Both the position numbers and the translations under genes were made by a program. A DNA stretch of 64,000 nt from NCBI GenBank assembly GCA_965207065.1, contig OZ242260.1:1472001-1536000 (forward strand), read 5' to 3'. This document shows positions 20,925-32,719 of the stretch, one piece after another. Source of the DNA: a bacterium. Lineage in GTDB: Bacteria; UBA8248. How positions within the stretch are numbered: the first letter of the stretch is position 1; each line of letters opens with the position of its first letter. The notes beneath the pieces were generated by a model, which was not told the DNA's origin, did no database searches, and worked only from the letters and a program-made list of their open reading frames with translations.

Positions 20925-21090
20925 TGACTACCGGAGAACTATCGGCGGAGTTCCATGCCAAGATACTATGAGGGAATCATCAGTCTCACGCCAGTGACTA
21001 GTGCGGCCAATAATGATGGCTTTACCTTCCTGAACCACTCGGACCGGGGAATCCGAGTCACGAGTTGTCATTCTCTGAATTCGCACGATC

Positions 21091-21320
21091 TCACATTTCT
21101 TTCGCCGATTTACCAGGTAATTCGGGCGCGACTTCGGAGATAGTCCGGCTGATTTGCTCGATCTCTTCCTCTCGTCCGGCCTTCTCCATGTCGCGGATGA
21201 TGGCCTGCGCGGTGAACATGGCAGAGCGCAGGAGGTGAATTTCCGCCTCCGTGCGCGGCCATTCGCGGCGTTTCAGACCATCCATTGTGAACTCGACCAC
21301 GAGCCGGTTCGGTGAAATGA
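21091..21320 (-). pseudogene. 3' part of a small repeated gene (possible ribbon-helix-helix protein), copy 1
   Basis: SPNRLVVE...WPRTEAEIHLLRSAMFTAQAIIRDMEKAGREEEIEQISR; recurs at ~32720, ~35620 and ~37960. Confidence 0.55.
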
Positions 21321-21419
21321 CACCCTGAACACAATAGGCAACTTCCGGTTTGAGCGCCAGATTGTGGCGTGGCGGGATCGTTCGTAATTTGCTCTTCGCC
21401 GCAAGGGATAATATTATTA

Positions 21420-23135
21420 TGACAAATGACACGTTCAACGAAGTCCCAGAAAGCCGAGCGGATCAACGCAGCCTACACGCTGCTCGAGCAGGGCGTCACG
21501 GCGAACGAGGCTGTAGCGCTGCTATCGCAGCGTTTCGGCGTATCGCAGCGGCAGTCCTACCGCTACGTTCAGCAGGCGGTAGCCATGGGCCGGCCGAGCC
21601 GGTCGAATCCCGGATTCCCATGACAATCAAGATTCCGGGCGCGTTGGCGCAAGCCCTGCGTATGCAGGCCAGAAGCAGCGGTCAGGCCATCGGGGACATC
21701 GTTGGACGGGCCCTGAGACGCTTTCTCCCGGATGTGGATTGAAATGGCTGCGCGTCGCCCGGGTTCGCGGCCCGGCGTTGAACTTGATTATCGATTCGAT
21801 CGCCTGTTCGCAGCCAGACTCCAGAATGCCTACGAGATACTGGTTCCTGATCAGGTCCACAAAATCCCTGCCCGAAGACATGACACAGGAGACGAGGATG
21901 AAAGTCGCAGCCCTTTATGCGTGGGTCTCGGGCGAGCAGCAGAGGGAGAGCAACACGATCGCCAGCCAGACCGAGGCGCTGGTCGAATACGCCAGGAACC
22001 ACGGCTACAGCGTCGCGCCGGAGATGCTCGTCTAGGATGACGGCTACAGCGGCGCTGTTCTCGAGCGTCCGGGGCTGGAGCGGATCAGGGACCTCGCCGC
22101 GGAAGGGCGCTTCGATACATTGGTGGTTCATGCCCCGGACCGTTTGAGCCGCCGCTACGCCCACCAGATGCTGATCATCGAGGAGATGGCCCGCCAGGGC
22201 GTTGAGACCGTGTTCGTGAACGCGCCGTCGATGGAAACCCCGGAAGACAACCTCCTCGTCCAGTTCCAGGGCATGATCGCGGAATACGAGCGCGCACAGA
22301 TCCTGGAGCGTTCGCGTCGCGGCAAGCGTCATCGGGCGCAGCGTGGTGAAGTTGCGGTTCTCGGAGGCGCGCCTTATGGCTACCGCTACCACAAGAAAAC
22401 CTTCGAGAGCGATGCCTATTATGAAGTGCTCGAACCTCAGGCGTCGGTGGTTCGCGAAGTCTATCACTACTATACTCATGACCACATGAGCATTGGCGAG
22501 ATCACCCGCAAGCTCAACGAGCGGGCGGTGCCCACGTCCTCCGGTCGCGGACGCTGGGAGCGTTCGGCCGTGTGGGCGATGCTGCGCAACCCGGCGTACA
22601 AGGGCAAGGCGTGTTTCGGCAAGACCCGCCAGATGCCGCGAAAAATCGTGACCCGTCCCTTGCGATTGCGCGGCGGTGTGGCCGGCGCCACCACCGGCGG
22701 TCACGAGAAACCGCGTGAGGAATGGATCGAGATTCCAGTGCCGGCGATCGTCAGCGAGGAAACCTTCGCCCTGGCCGAAGAGCGGCTGGAGATGAACAAG
22801 GCCCGCGGGCCGCGCCGAACAAAGACGCCCAGCGTGGTGCAGGGGCTGGTCTCATGCGCCAAATGCGGCTATTCCCTGTATCGCACATCGACCCGGACGA
22901 GCGCCCGCACGATTTACTATTATCGCTGCCTGGGGCCCGATGCATGGCGGCATCTCAACGGGCCGGTATGCGACAATCGGCCGGTGCGCCAGGATCTACT
23001 TGACGAAGTTGTCTGGAGCGAAGTCGTCCGCCTTCTCGAGGATCCGAATCTGATCGGCGCCGAGATCGAGCGTCGGCTGGAGGCGGCCCGCGACTCCGAC
23101 CCCTGTCGGCAGCGCGAGACCGACTTGCGGCGCCG
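21420..23135 (+). mobile_element. Large serine recombinase element remnant (small upstream ORFs; recombinase from 21898 with TAG at 22033, 3'-truncated)
   Basis: AALYAWVS, DDGYSG..LERPGL, DRLSR, APYGY and CAKCG zinc ribbon. Confidence 0.8.
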
Positions 23136-23510
23136 GTGTTCGTCGTCGAGGGAGAGACGGCGGAGTTCAGGGTCAGGTTCCAGATACGGCCTTATTACCT
23201 TCGCTATTCGTACCGTACGGAAGATGAAACGGCGACGGGGGGTGAGGATTACAGTCCTGTCGAGGGCACGGTGGAGTTTGCTCCGGGAGATACGTCCCGG
23301 ACGGTTTCGGTAGCGACTCTTGCCGACGACGTTTCGGAGGGTCACGAGACTTTCAGGTTGGTGTTTGATAATCTCAAGATCAAAAACAAGGCGACGATCT
23401 ACGATGCCCTGCGCGGGAGCGGTCCGGAATGGCGTGACCCCGGCCCCGGCGAACTCGCTCTCTTCCCGGGGGAGTGGGCCCTGTACGCGGTGATCAGGGG
23501 GTCGAACTGA
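23136..23510 (+). pseudogene. Calx-beta domain fragment
   Basis: YRTEDETATGGEDYSPVEGTVEFAPGDTSRTVSVATLADDVSEGHETF. Confidence 0.7.
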
Positions 23511-24285
23511 TTCGATCGCTGCGTAATCCCCGAGGCGGCCCCCGGCGCCGCCCGCGCGGAGCAGGACGGGCTTGACCCGGGATCCGGTCCGGAGCATTTC
23601 GTCCCTTTTGAGCGTAGCGCGAAGGTATGCGTCGCGATAGATACGTTTGATTTAGGCCGCGACTTCCGGCGGAAACTCCTTGAAAACGCTTGAGAGGCCA
23701 CCCGCGAACCGGATACAAGTGTCAGCGATCCCGGGAAGATACTAGCACCCCCGCCGAGCGCAAAGGAGGGTCCGTTTGATGGAATAAGGTGAAACCAGAA
23801 ATGGCTCATTGAGTCTGCTTCATGTGCTCCTGCAATTTACGTCCCTTGTCCGTCAGCTGATACCTCTGTTTACAGTTTTGAGGCTTGTCCGCGATTCCGT
23901 GAGGAAGACGTACGAAACCTTTTGAGGGAACGTACGACAGGTCAAAGTCGGATTACTTGGTCGTGAGGCACAGCCGCACTGTCGGACGCCGACTTTCTGG
24001 CCGGCCTATCCGGCACACAGGTCGGCCAAGATTGGTCGCCGGATGTTAGTGCGTGGAGACAAACCTTGGCCACATAGACGACCGCCTCGGTACGATACAG
24101 ACTTCGTGGCGTTGGTGGGCCCTTGATCGACGGGTACCCAGCCGCCACATTCTCGATGAGATCAACGAGGGAGTCGAACGGCTGTAGGATGGGGAGTCGG
24201 CCCGAGGAAGAAATTCTTAAACAACCGGGTTAGTGTCCTCGATATTGCAAAGATTTCGTTTCAGATAGCCAAAAGGAGAAAAAAC

Positions 24286-24744
24286 ATGGGGAAACGGGAA
24301 ATATTATCAATGCTCCTGTTCGTCTTCCTGCTGACAGGCTGCGGCGCATCGTTGCGCGACCTGCAGAACATGTCGGCAGATGACAGAGCCGATTATGTTT
24401 GCGAAAGGCGCCCAAAGGTCAAAGCCCTGTACAATAAGGTCAACGGGTCCGTCGATGCCGTCCAGAGAATCGAGAAGGCGCTAAGTTCAGGTTATTGGGA
24501 GCGACAGAAGTGCACAACATACCAATACCGGGACAAGAAAGGGTATCTCCAATCCTATAGACACTGCGTGTCCTTGAAAGGCTCCCCTGTCGACCAGCTC
24601 AGAGCGAAGGCAGCCCTATCCAGAGAGGGGGAACGACTCGCAGGGTACAAGGCGGTGCATCAGAAGGCGTTGGCCAACTGCAAGACACGAGTGATGAACA
24701 TGACCCCCGAGCGAGCATTCGACTACTACGAAGAGGGTAAATAA
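24286..24744 (+). CDS. Hypothetical lipoprotein
   Basis: AAGGAG RBS; lipobox LTGC. Confidence 0.7.
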   Translation: MGKREILSMLLFVFLLTGCGASLRDLQNMSADDRADYVCERRPKVKALYNKVNGSVDAVQRIEKALSSGYWERQKCTTYQYRDKKGYLQSYRHCVSLKGSPVDQLRAKAALSREGERLAGYKAVHQKALANCKTRVMNMTPERAFDYYEEGK

Positions 24745-24836
24745 GAACGGGTATGTCCGATGATGAGCGGGCTATGGTAGGCTCCCTTACCGCTTTCGTG
24801 AATGGAGACGGACAGGTGAAAGGGGCAGTCACGGCG

Positions 24837-25661
24837 TCAGCGGAACCTCCACGTCCTGCCATCGCTCTTTCGGCGCTTCAGTATCTCGGCCCTGCGCAAC
24901 TGCAGTTCGGAGACCGCTGCTTTCTTCACTTTCTCGCTCAGTAGAATACCGACGAAGAGGTGCCTGAACGTTGCTCGCGTCACACCGTTTTCTTTCGCCA
25001 AGGCATACCAGATGTATGCCTCTTTCTTGTCGACCGACACCCCATCGCCAATGTCATACATCTGGCCGAGCCTGTACTGTGCGGAACCTTGACCGCGCAA
25101 AGCCGCCGGACGCAGCCAGCGCAAAGCCTTCTTCTTGTCCTGAGAGACTCCTTTCCCCTCTAAATACATCATGCCCAAGGCGGTTTGCGCTTGAGGCACA
25201 TCCTTTTCTGCCGCTTTCCGCATCCACTCAACCGCCTTCTTGAAGTCCCGTGGTAGAACGCCTTCCTCCCCGTTGTAGTACATGAAAGCGAGTTTTGCGT
25301 TCGCCAATCCGTCTCCTTTGTTCGCCGCTGAACGGAACAGCCTTAGTGCCTCGACCCTGTCCTGTCTTACCCCTTGGCCATTGTAATACATATTGCCTAG
25401 GTTGGCCTCCGCGCCAGGCCACCCCTGTGCGGCCGCTAGGCCGTACCATTTTAACGCCGCTTGCAGATCACGAGCGATTTCTTTGCCCTTGTGATACATT
25501 ACACCGAGATTGAATTGTGCGACAGGATCGCCCTTCTTGGCGTCACTCAATGTCGACTCGAAACGGGAGAGCTTGGCGGAACCAGCTGAGCATCCGCTCA
25601 GAAGAGTCGCTAACAACAGGGTCGCCGAAAGCGTACTCCAAAAGGCCTTTGCGTTTTTCAT
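24837..25661 (-). CDS. Sel1-like repeat lipoprotein
   Basis: Lipobox LSGC; five AQ.NLG.MY..G.GV..D repeats. Confidence 0.9.
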   Translation of the reverse strand: MKNAKAFWSTLSATLLLATLLSGCSAGSAKLSRFESTLSDAKKGDPVAQFNLGVMYHKGKEIARDLQAALKWYGLAAAQGWPGAEANLGNMYYNGQGVRQDRVEALRLFRSAANKGDGLANAKLAFMYYNGEEGVLPRDFKKAVEWMRKAAEKDVPQAQTALGMMYLEGKGVSQDKKKALRWLRPAALRGQGSAQYRLGQMYDIGDGVSVDKKEAYIWYALAKENGVTRATFRHLFVGILLSEKVKKAAVSELQLRRAEILKRRKSDGRTWRFR

Positions 25662-26259
25662 CTATACCACCCCGATTGCAAGAACAAACAATATCAAACT
25701 ACTTCTATCAAATTAGTTGCGTGACATCCAGACACCCTCCGTCAATGATATATATAGTCTGCTCCACATGGCAGGCAGCTATTACCTAGAGAAGGCAAAC
25801 CGGTTGCGGACATATATCCGGTCTCTTGATGAGAGCGCTTCCACTTCCGGTCCCTGATGGATATCGCACACACCGGCCTCAAAAACCGAGCAGTCTTGAT
25901 GACCTTGACACTGACTAAGCTTTGGACGTGTCGGGTCAATCTGCCTGCTATCACTGAGATTATTTTTTTCTCATTCCAGAATTTATTCGCCACTTTGCGC
26001 CTATGCGTTGACGCTCTAATGGACCAAAAGACGGCGACCAATTCATCGTCTCGAACTGCGCTCTCATATTTGAAGAACCCGGCAAGTTCTTCATCGCAAG
26101 TTTTGCAACGGGGAAGGTTCGTCGCTTTGTCCTGGGAAATGATGCTCTTTGTAATTACGTCATTCAAATTCGATGATCAGACTATTTTGCTCTTCATTCA
26201 GGTGAAGTCCTAAACTTGCTGGAAACTATGGAGGGGGAGCGCTAGGCGAATTGGTGACA

Positions 26260-27957
26260 GTGCAGCCGGTGAGAGTCCGGCAGGAGGGAGAAGGCCAGCC
26301 ACCACCTCCACCCCGAGTCATGGGCCGCCACTCGCGAGGGTGGGGGCCAAGCGTTGACAGGGGCGCCGTGCGAGCGGGGCTATTGAGCACCGAAAGAATT
26401 ATTGTCCGGGATGTCGAGGTTTTCCCCTCAGCCGAAGACAGCATCCGACCCGCCGATATGGCGAGGCGTGCCGGAATCCCGCGGTGTCAAAGAACGCACG
26501 TACGCCCTCTTCCGGGACCTGGGAGGTCTCCATGTCACCCCGCCGTCGTTGCGGGGTCGCAGAGGGAAGGGTGCAGCGAGACTAGCTGCTGTGCTTGCGG
26601 GTGAAAGTCCCGCCGGCGCAATTCTCAGTTTGGCGCCGTAGTCATATCCGGCAGGCATTCGGGGCGACCCGGTGACCTGATAGCCCGGAAGTAAAAGCCT
26701 CGGGAGGCCGGGGAACCTTCGGGAACTCCAGGCCTGGTCAGCCCGCTGAGGCGAGCGAACAGGAGGGCCGTAGCGAGAGCGAACGGACTAGACGCCGAAA
26801 ACTGCGACCCGCGTGAAGCTGATTCGAGCGGAGTTATCGGAGTTGCCAAGGGTTTCTCCTTCCTACCTGATGGCCAGTGTCGATACGGAAGAACTGAGGC
26901 GCACGTATCGGAGCTCCCGGCGTAAGCTGAAGGCGGCAATCCTGGAAAGTACAGCAGTGAAAGTCCGGAAGGTGTGGAGGTTGGACAGGATGACCCTGTG
27001 AATGTCGAAGACCGTCTCTATAACCGGGGGAGCCGGGAAGTGAGACGGAGACCCCCACACTGGCGGATGAGGTCGCCAAGCGATGAAGGGTGGGACAACA
27101 TAACCCACCCGGAGCGAGGACCTCTGGGCACAGGCGGCGGAGCCGTTATGAGCATCCCGCACACAGAGGCGGGTTAACCGCTCTCTCAAATGGTGACGCC
27201 TGAGGACGGAGTAAACGTTGGACTCGCCGAGGGGTATGATGGGGTCGGTCTTAACCCCGGCGGTTCCGCGGAAGGCTCCGCTCCAAACTGGGAGGTGCCT
27301 GTTGCTTGAAGCCGTACCCGGGAAAACCGGACGTACGGAATTTCAGGGGGGACGCTGGAAACGTGGTCTATGGTGGAATTGCGCACCCACCCGCAATCGA
27401 AAGAGCGGGGTCGGACAAGCCTCCACCTAAGGATGCGCGCGCCAGTGTCCTACCCGACAGGAATCCGTAACCGATGATGAACGGCATGGAGAAGTCAGAC
27501 TTAAGTGTAGTAGCCGAGAAGCCGACGAACAAGGGGACGCGAGTTCTGGCGGAGTCGGTGGAGCGAAGGGCCGGGCCCGAGGGGAATCCGGGAAGCCAAA
27601 GCACGCGCCGGACACAGGGCCGGGAAAGCGTGTCACAAGCGGCCGACCGGATACGGCAATTCGTTGTACAGGAACCACGGAGCGTCTGACGACGCTTCTC
27701 CACCATATCACGGTCGATGCGCTGCGCTGGGCGTTCTTCGAGTTGAAGAGGGACGCTGCGGCGGGTGCGGACGGGATGACGTGGCGGATGTACGAGGAAG
27801 GGCTGGAAGGCCGTCTAGCCGACCTGCACGAGCGCGTACACACGGGAGCGTACCGGGCGACGCCGTCACGGCGGGTGAACATTCCGAAGCCCGACGGCGG
27901 GACACGACCGCTCGGCGTCGCGGCCATCGAGGACAAGATAGTCCAGAAGGCGGTGAC
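26260..27957 (+). mobile_element. Outer group II intron (5' boundary approximate), RT frameshifted and truncated
   Basis: Domain I-like sequence is continuous across the inner intron; RT fragment AAGADG...HTGAYRATPSRRVNIPKPDGGTRPLGVAAIEDKIVQ. Confidence 0.75.
26571..27458 (+). ncRNA. ORF-less group II intron nested in the outer intron (twintron)
   Basis: GTGCAG start; domain V GAAGCCGTAC...GTACGGAATTT; end CCTACCCGAC; EBS1/EBS2 complementary to the upstream flank. Confidence 0.82.
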
Positions 27958-28123
27958 GGAGCGAAACATCGCCGTTCACAAGTTCCGAGATTGTCGCTTG
28001 GCGTACGCCGAGTATCCGCGCCGCCGCCGTAACGCTCAACCCGAATTCCTCAAGTATTTCCAGGCAGATGAAGGCTCTGGGGTGCGAGGGTGGCATCCCC
28101 ATCTTGATGCCGCCGCTGTTCAT
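27958..28123 (-). pseudogene. HigA-family antitoxin fragment
   Basis: MPPSHP...EILEEFGLSVTAAARILGVRQATISELVNG. Confidence 0.7.
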
Positions 28124-28283
28124 CAGTGGTAGTCCTCCAGATTCAGACGCTCAATCTCGCTGTCTCGTGGAGGCCCCGATCGCCGAGCGGGCATACGGCT
28201 CGTATTTTCGGGAGAATTCGCGTTTCGCGGAGTTGCGCTCAGGCTTGGCGTGTGACTATTATGAGTCTAGGAGGCGTAACGCG

Positions 28284-28583
28284 ATGGCTCTAAAGACGAT
28301 AGCGGCAGTGGTGGCCCTGGCGGCGACTTTCATGAGCGCACCGGCAACCGCGCACATACTGAAATCCTGCCATGCAAAATACAACCAACAAATAAAGGCA
28401 GCTCATTATGACGTGAAATCTGTGGAACGTGTCGTGAAGAAACATTTGAAAACAGAAGGATGGAGCGAAGACAAAGAAAAAATGAAAAAGATTGTACAAT
28501 TGCTGCTCCTGGAAAGAAAAAGGATATCCAATCTTGCGAATTTGGTAATCAAACTCGCGGCGTGCGGCAATAAGAAAAAATAG
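28284..28583 (+). CDS. Small secreted hypothetical protein
   Basis: AGGAGG RBS; signal peptide ending ATA; low-GC, Lys-rich helical body. Confidence 0.65.
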   Translation: MALKTIAAVVALAATFMSAPATAHILKSCHAKYNQQIKAAHYDVKSVERVVKKHLKTEGWSEDKEKMKKIVQLLLLERKRISNLANLVIKLAACGNKKK

Positions 28584-28690
28584 AAACCACAGCTTTCGAA
28601 CCAGTGGATTCCGATGAGTTGGATTGTCTGATCGGGAGATGGCCAAAGTTGAAAAATCTGAATTCATACCCATATAATAACCGCGCAAGT

Positions 28691-28710
28691 CCCCCCCCCC
28701 CCCCCCCCCC
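28691..28710. repeat. C20 homopolymer
   Basis: 20 consecutive C. Confidence 0.9.
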
Positions 28711-29018
28711 GAGAATCTCGGTACTAACTTTTTTCAGATCGGCATCGGAAAAGAACCACATGGAAATTCCGGCGCCGATACCTTTACAGGTTCCATTTCA
28801 AACCGTCCAGTCCACAGTTCGGCTTCGAACTTACGTCTCGGAAACCCTCTTGAGAACGGGCAACCATCAACCCTTGCGCCCAAGTTACGGGCAGAAAAAT
28901 GCTTAAAGCTGTTGAAATCAGGGTCTGTTCCTGGTCATTCGAGTTCAAGTATTCGGGAGCCTATCTTGTTCGTTCTTGCTGATGTGGTTGCCGAATTAAC
29001 CACAACCAAGAGAATAAA

Positions 29019-30422
29019 ATGACGCGACACAATAAGAAAGTAAACCATAAAACCTTTTTTTCTTTCATGATGATTTTGATAACAATTGCTTGCGTTTACA
29101 CATTATCGGGCTGTGGTGGAGGGGGTGGTGGTAGCGTGCCCGGCACTGGCCCAATGGTAATGCCGGAGCAGCCGGAAATGCCCGAGCAGCCGCCAATGGA
29201 TACTGTCACGCTCCCGATGGATTTCGTCACCCACGCAAATCCTGGTGCGTTGGACCCGCTGCCGTCGTTCCGCGCCGCGTCAGATCCCGCGTCCAGCAGG
29301 TTCGATTACCAACGCGAAGCTCCCTCTGGTGCTCCCGCGCTCGAGATCACCCGCTACACGGCACCCGGAACAATTGCGCCCGCTGATCTGACACCAATGT
29401 TAGAACGCGCGGCCAAGCTCTGGACCAGGCGCATCTCGGGTCTCCGAGCGCCTGGTGGGAAGCATCAATTCTTCCCGCATGCGGAACCAGGCGCCGATGT
29501 CCGGATTGAACTGGATTTCCTCGTCGGCTATGAACAACCACGCTGTCCAGACACTGCTGCCTGTGGGAACCATTACGGTGATCGTCTGATGCTGCCCTCC
29601 GGGCGCGCAAATGACGGTGAGAATCCGCACGTTACCGTCATGCCTGCGTTTCTGACCCGGGATGTACGCGATGGAAAACTCACGATCGGCGGTTTTCGTA
29701 CACTGGCGCACGAGTTCGGACATATTTTCGACCACGGCGACCAGTTAAACGATGGTAATTACCATTCAGATTGCCGTGGCGGTGCTATCATGTGCGATAT
29801 CTGGGACTCGAACGTACCTGCGGTCCCGGTAGAACAAGACTTCGACGGTATTCGTCACCATTATGATTTGAGGCCCCACCTCGACTACGAACAGTTCGGC
29901 ATCTGGGCCGAAGTTCCGGGAGAAAATTCTAACCTCGAGCGCTTCGGCGTGTATGTAAGGCGAATGCTGACGGTCAAGGATGCCATCGACATTTGGGATG
30001 TATCGGCCTCAGAATTCATCAGCGATCAGGTCTCGATCGAGACCATCGTCTTGGGTGTCGCGAGCAGCGGACCGCACCCTGGCATTGGAACAGTAACGTG
30101 GAGCGGCGACCTGATCGCGGTCGATACGACTCGTTTCCAACCGATCCTTGGCACGGCTCGCTTGGGTATGGACCTGACGTCTGTCGAATCACTTGATGTG
30201 TCGTTCACCGGCTTGCGCCGGACCGATGACGCTGGCGGGACCCACAATATCCCGAATCTGGACTACACGCTTGTGCGAATCGGAACAACCTGGGTCGACG
30301 CACGTGGTACCGTAGCCGCCAACTTCTACGCCGTTGACTCGGACCCTGGCGGCGCTGTCGCTGGCAAGCTTCATGATGACACGCAGAACCTGATGGGGGC
30401 CTTTGGGGCGCTTCGCGATTAA
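29019..30422 (+). CDS. Lipoprotein with a zincin metallopeptidase-like domain and a TbpB-like barrel
   Basis: LSGC plus poly-Gly; AHEFGHIFDH; C-terminal VTWSG...AGKL...MGAFGA. Confidence 0.7.
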   Translation: MTRHNKKVNHKTFFSFMMILITIACVYTLSGCGGGGGGSVPGTGPMVMPEQPEMPEQPPMDTVTLPMDFVTHANPGALDPLPSFRAASDPASSRFDYQREAPSGAPALEITRYTAPGTIAPADLTPMLERAAKLWTRRISGLRAPGGKHQFFPHAEPGADVRIELDFLVGYEQPRCPDTAACGNHYGDRLMLPSGRANDGENPHVTVMPAFLTRDVRDGKLTIGGFRTLAHEFGHIFDHGDQLNDGNYHSDCRGGAIMCDIWDSNVPAVPVEQDFDGIRHHYDLRPHLDYEQFGIWAEVPGENSNLERFGVYVRRMLTVKDAIDIWDVSASEFISDQVSIETIVLGVASSGPHPGIGTVTWSGDLIAVDTTRFQPILGTARLGMDLTSVESLDVSFTGLRRTDDAGGTHNIPNLDYTLVRIGTTWVDARGTVAANFYAVDSDPGGAVAGKLHDDTQNLMGAFGALRD

Positions 30423-30612
30423 TTGGTGGCTGAATTGGGGATGGATACAACTCATTTATTGACTTGAGCGCACAGAACGGAGGATTGGTCACCCTATCAG
30501 GAAGAGAAAAAGATGGAATAGAAGCAGGGCTTGTCGAACTGATCAGTAGTGGCGTCTCCGATGAATCGCCCAACATAAATTTCCGCTCACCTGAATTGAG
30601 GAGGAATCGCCA

Positions 30613-31941
30613 ATGTCCGATTTGAAACACATTCTTGCTTTTACAGTTGCCGCATCCTTTGCACTACTCCTGGCCGGATGCGGCGGTGGCGACAACAACA
30701 AGGCACAGCCTCCTGCCCAAATGCCGCCGACAACCGGTACCGTAACCGAATTCGCCGGTTTGAAACCCACAAACGCCGACTACGCGGCGACTGCCGCTAG
30801 CAGAGCCGCTGATGCCAGACCCCGCTCGGGCAGTGTCACACAGTCATCGAACGTCAACAACGGCATCACGGTGGATCGCGTATCGGTGACGGCTCAGCAT
30901 GGATCCGGCCGGAACAACTACTCGATTCACAACGGGTCATCGTGGTCCATCAGCACAAGCGACGGCAATCCCGTAACGATTTACGCTAACGCACCATTCG
31001 ATGGCCAGGAACTGTACAAGCGCATCAATGGGGGCACACTCTACGTCGATATTTATTCCGATATCGAGGCGCCCAAAACTACGACCATCACCACGACGAT
31101 GCCCGGTCAGCCCCAGGATGTCGGGTCCGGAGACCGAATTGTAGGTCTTTCCTGCCTTGGGCCGAGATGTACGTCGGACTCTCAAGAAGGGACACTGAAT
31201 GGCGTAAGCGGTACGTTCAGCTGCCCTTCCGGTTGCAGCATTCAATTCGGAGGACTGTCACTCTCTAGTGGCAGCAACATTTCCTTTCAGGGAGCCACAT
31301 TCAATGGCCTGGTAGTCGGAGAGGACGAGTTTAGGGTCACTTCCGCGACAGGCATAACGTTCACGCCGGCACAATCGACACAGCCGTCTGAGCAGACGAC
31401 TTCCGACACAGACTATCTGGCGGGTGGTGTCTGGCTGTTCGTACCCGACGACGCGGCGAGCGCCGACGATGTAGTGATCGGAGCCTTCGGGGATGGCAAC
31501 GACCCGTTCGACCAGAACAACCTGATGGCGGTGCAAGGCTCGGCGGACTATGTCGGTTTGGCGACGGGCGTCTACGCGGACAAATCAGAAAATGAAGTCG
31601 GATATTGGGGCGGCAACGTGACCCTGACGGCCGACTTCGGGGGGCGAAGCGACCTGGGATCGATTAGCGGTAGGATCACTGGCATCGAAGCAGACGGCGA
31701 AAGCCAATCAGGCTCCGTGAGCCTGGATCGGGCCAATATCGGGTCTTCGAACAGCGGTTTCTTTGAGGGGCAGTTGAGCGGCGCCGTCAACGGGGGCGGT
31801 TTGACCGGTCGATGGGGCGGACAGTTCTTCGGAAACAGCGAGACGGACGGCAAGCCCGGGTCCATCGGCGGGACGCTGGGCGGACGATCTCAAGACCGCA
31901 GCGTGAGCTTCGTGGGAGTCTTCGGCGCCTACAAGCAGTGA
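30613..31941 (+). CDS. Surface lipoprotein with a TbpB-like beta-barrel
   Basis: LAGC lipobox; YLAGGVWL, VTLTADF, GRWGGQFFG and VGVFGA motifs. Confidence 0.78.
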   Translation: MSDLKHILAFTVAASFALLLAGCGGGDNNKAQPPAQMPPTTGTVTEFAGLKPTNADYAATAASRAADARPRSGSVTQSSNVNNGITVDRVSVTAQHGSGRNNYSIHNGSSWSISTSDGNPVTIYANAPFDGQELYKRINGGTLYVDIYSDIEAPKTTTITTTMPGQPQDVGSGDRIVGLSCLGPRCTSDSQEGTLNGVSGTFSCPSGCSIQFGGLSLSSGSNISFQGATFNGLVVGEDEFRVTSATGITFTPAQSTQPSEQTTSDTDYLAGGVWLFVPDDAASADDVVIGAFGDGNDPFDQNNLMAVQGSADYVGLATGVYADKSENEVGYWGGNVTLTADFGGRSDLGSISGRITGIEADGESQSGSVSLDRANIGSSNSGFFEGQLSGAVNGGGLTGRWGGQFFGNSETDGKPGSIGGTLGGRSQDRSVSFVGVFGAYKQ

Positions 31942-31959
31942 TGGACTAGCACGTTCGCC

Positions 31960-32540
31960 TTCTAGCGCACCCGGCAACGATCGTCACCGATTTCTGCGTT
32001 TGTGGAACGACTCACGACGCTGCACCGTGAGCGCAAGCGAATGGCGAGTTTGCTGATCAAGGACGTCACCCTCGCCAAGGGGCGAAGAGTTGCTCTTGGG
32101 AGTGCGTCTGCGTTCCGGCGCCGGAGCGGCCCGCGCATGAGGTTTATAAAACCCCCGGCGAAGTCGTTGCCGAGATCGACAGATTGCTCGAAGCCCACAC
32201 TGACCCCGAGATCGCGACAATCCTCAATGAGCGAGATTACCGGAGCGGATACGGCCACGCATTCCACAAGGGGATAGTCTGGAAGATCAGCACCAACCAT
32301 GCCCTGAGGTCGCGCTATGAGCGCCTGCGGTTACGCGGGCTGTTGCCCATCGAAGAGATCGCTGAGCTGCTCATCGTCTCGACATGGACAATCAAGAAAT
32401 GGCGCGCAAGCGCGAGTTTTTTGCACGGACACGCCTATAACGATAAACCCTGCTGCTTGTACGAGCTTCCGGAGTATCCGCCGATCATACGAGTGGGGGC
32501 AGTATCTCGCGACAGCTTCTGCGAACGTCGGTGGTGTAAC
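31960..32540 (+). pseudogene. Serine recombinase C-terminal remnant
   Basis: RERKRMASLLIKDVTL; HTDPEIATILNER...LRSRYERLR; frameshifted. Confidence 0.6.
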
Positions 32541-32719
32541 CATGTGTAACATTCGGTAATAAGGTGATGGAGGTTGGCCAAGCGAAGAGTTGCGGGATGT
32601 TTCTATTCTTGCGCTGCCGCTGATATTAGTGGTCTTACCCGGCTGAAACACCTAGATCAGGAAAGCCGACTCACTCCTTGCTATTCTGAAAATCGAATGA
32701 TGGGATGTCCGGTTTCGAA

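Noticed and set aside
22120-23510. Recombinase-Calx-beta fusion
   Set aside because: Deletion junction; the two parts are in different frames and both truncated.
25742-26167. 141-aa ORF
   Set aside because: No recognisable motif or clear RBS; possibly a decayed gene.
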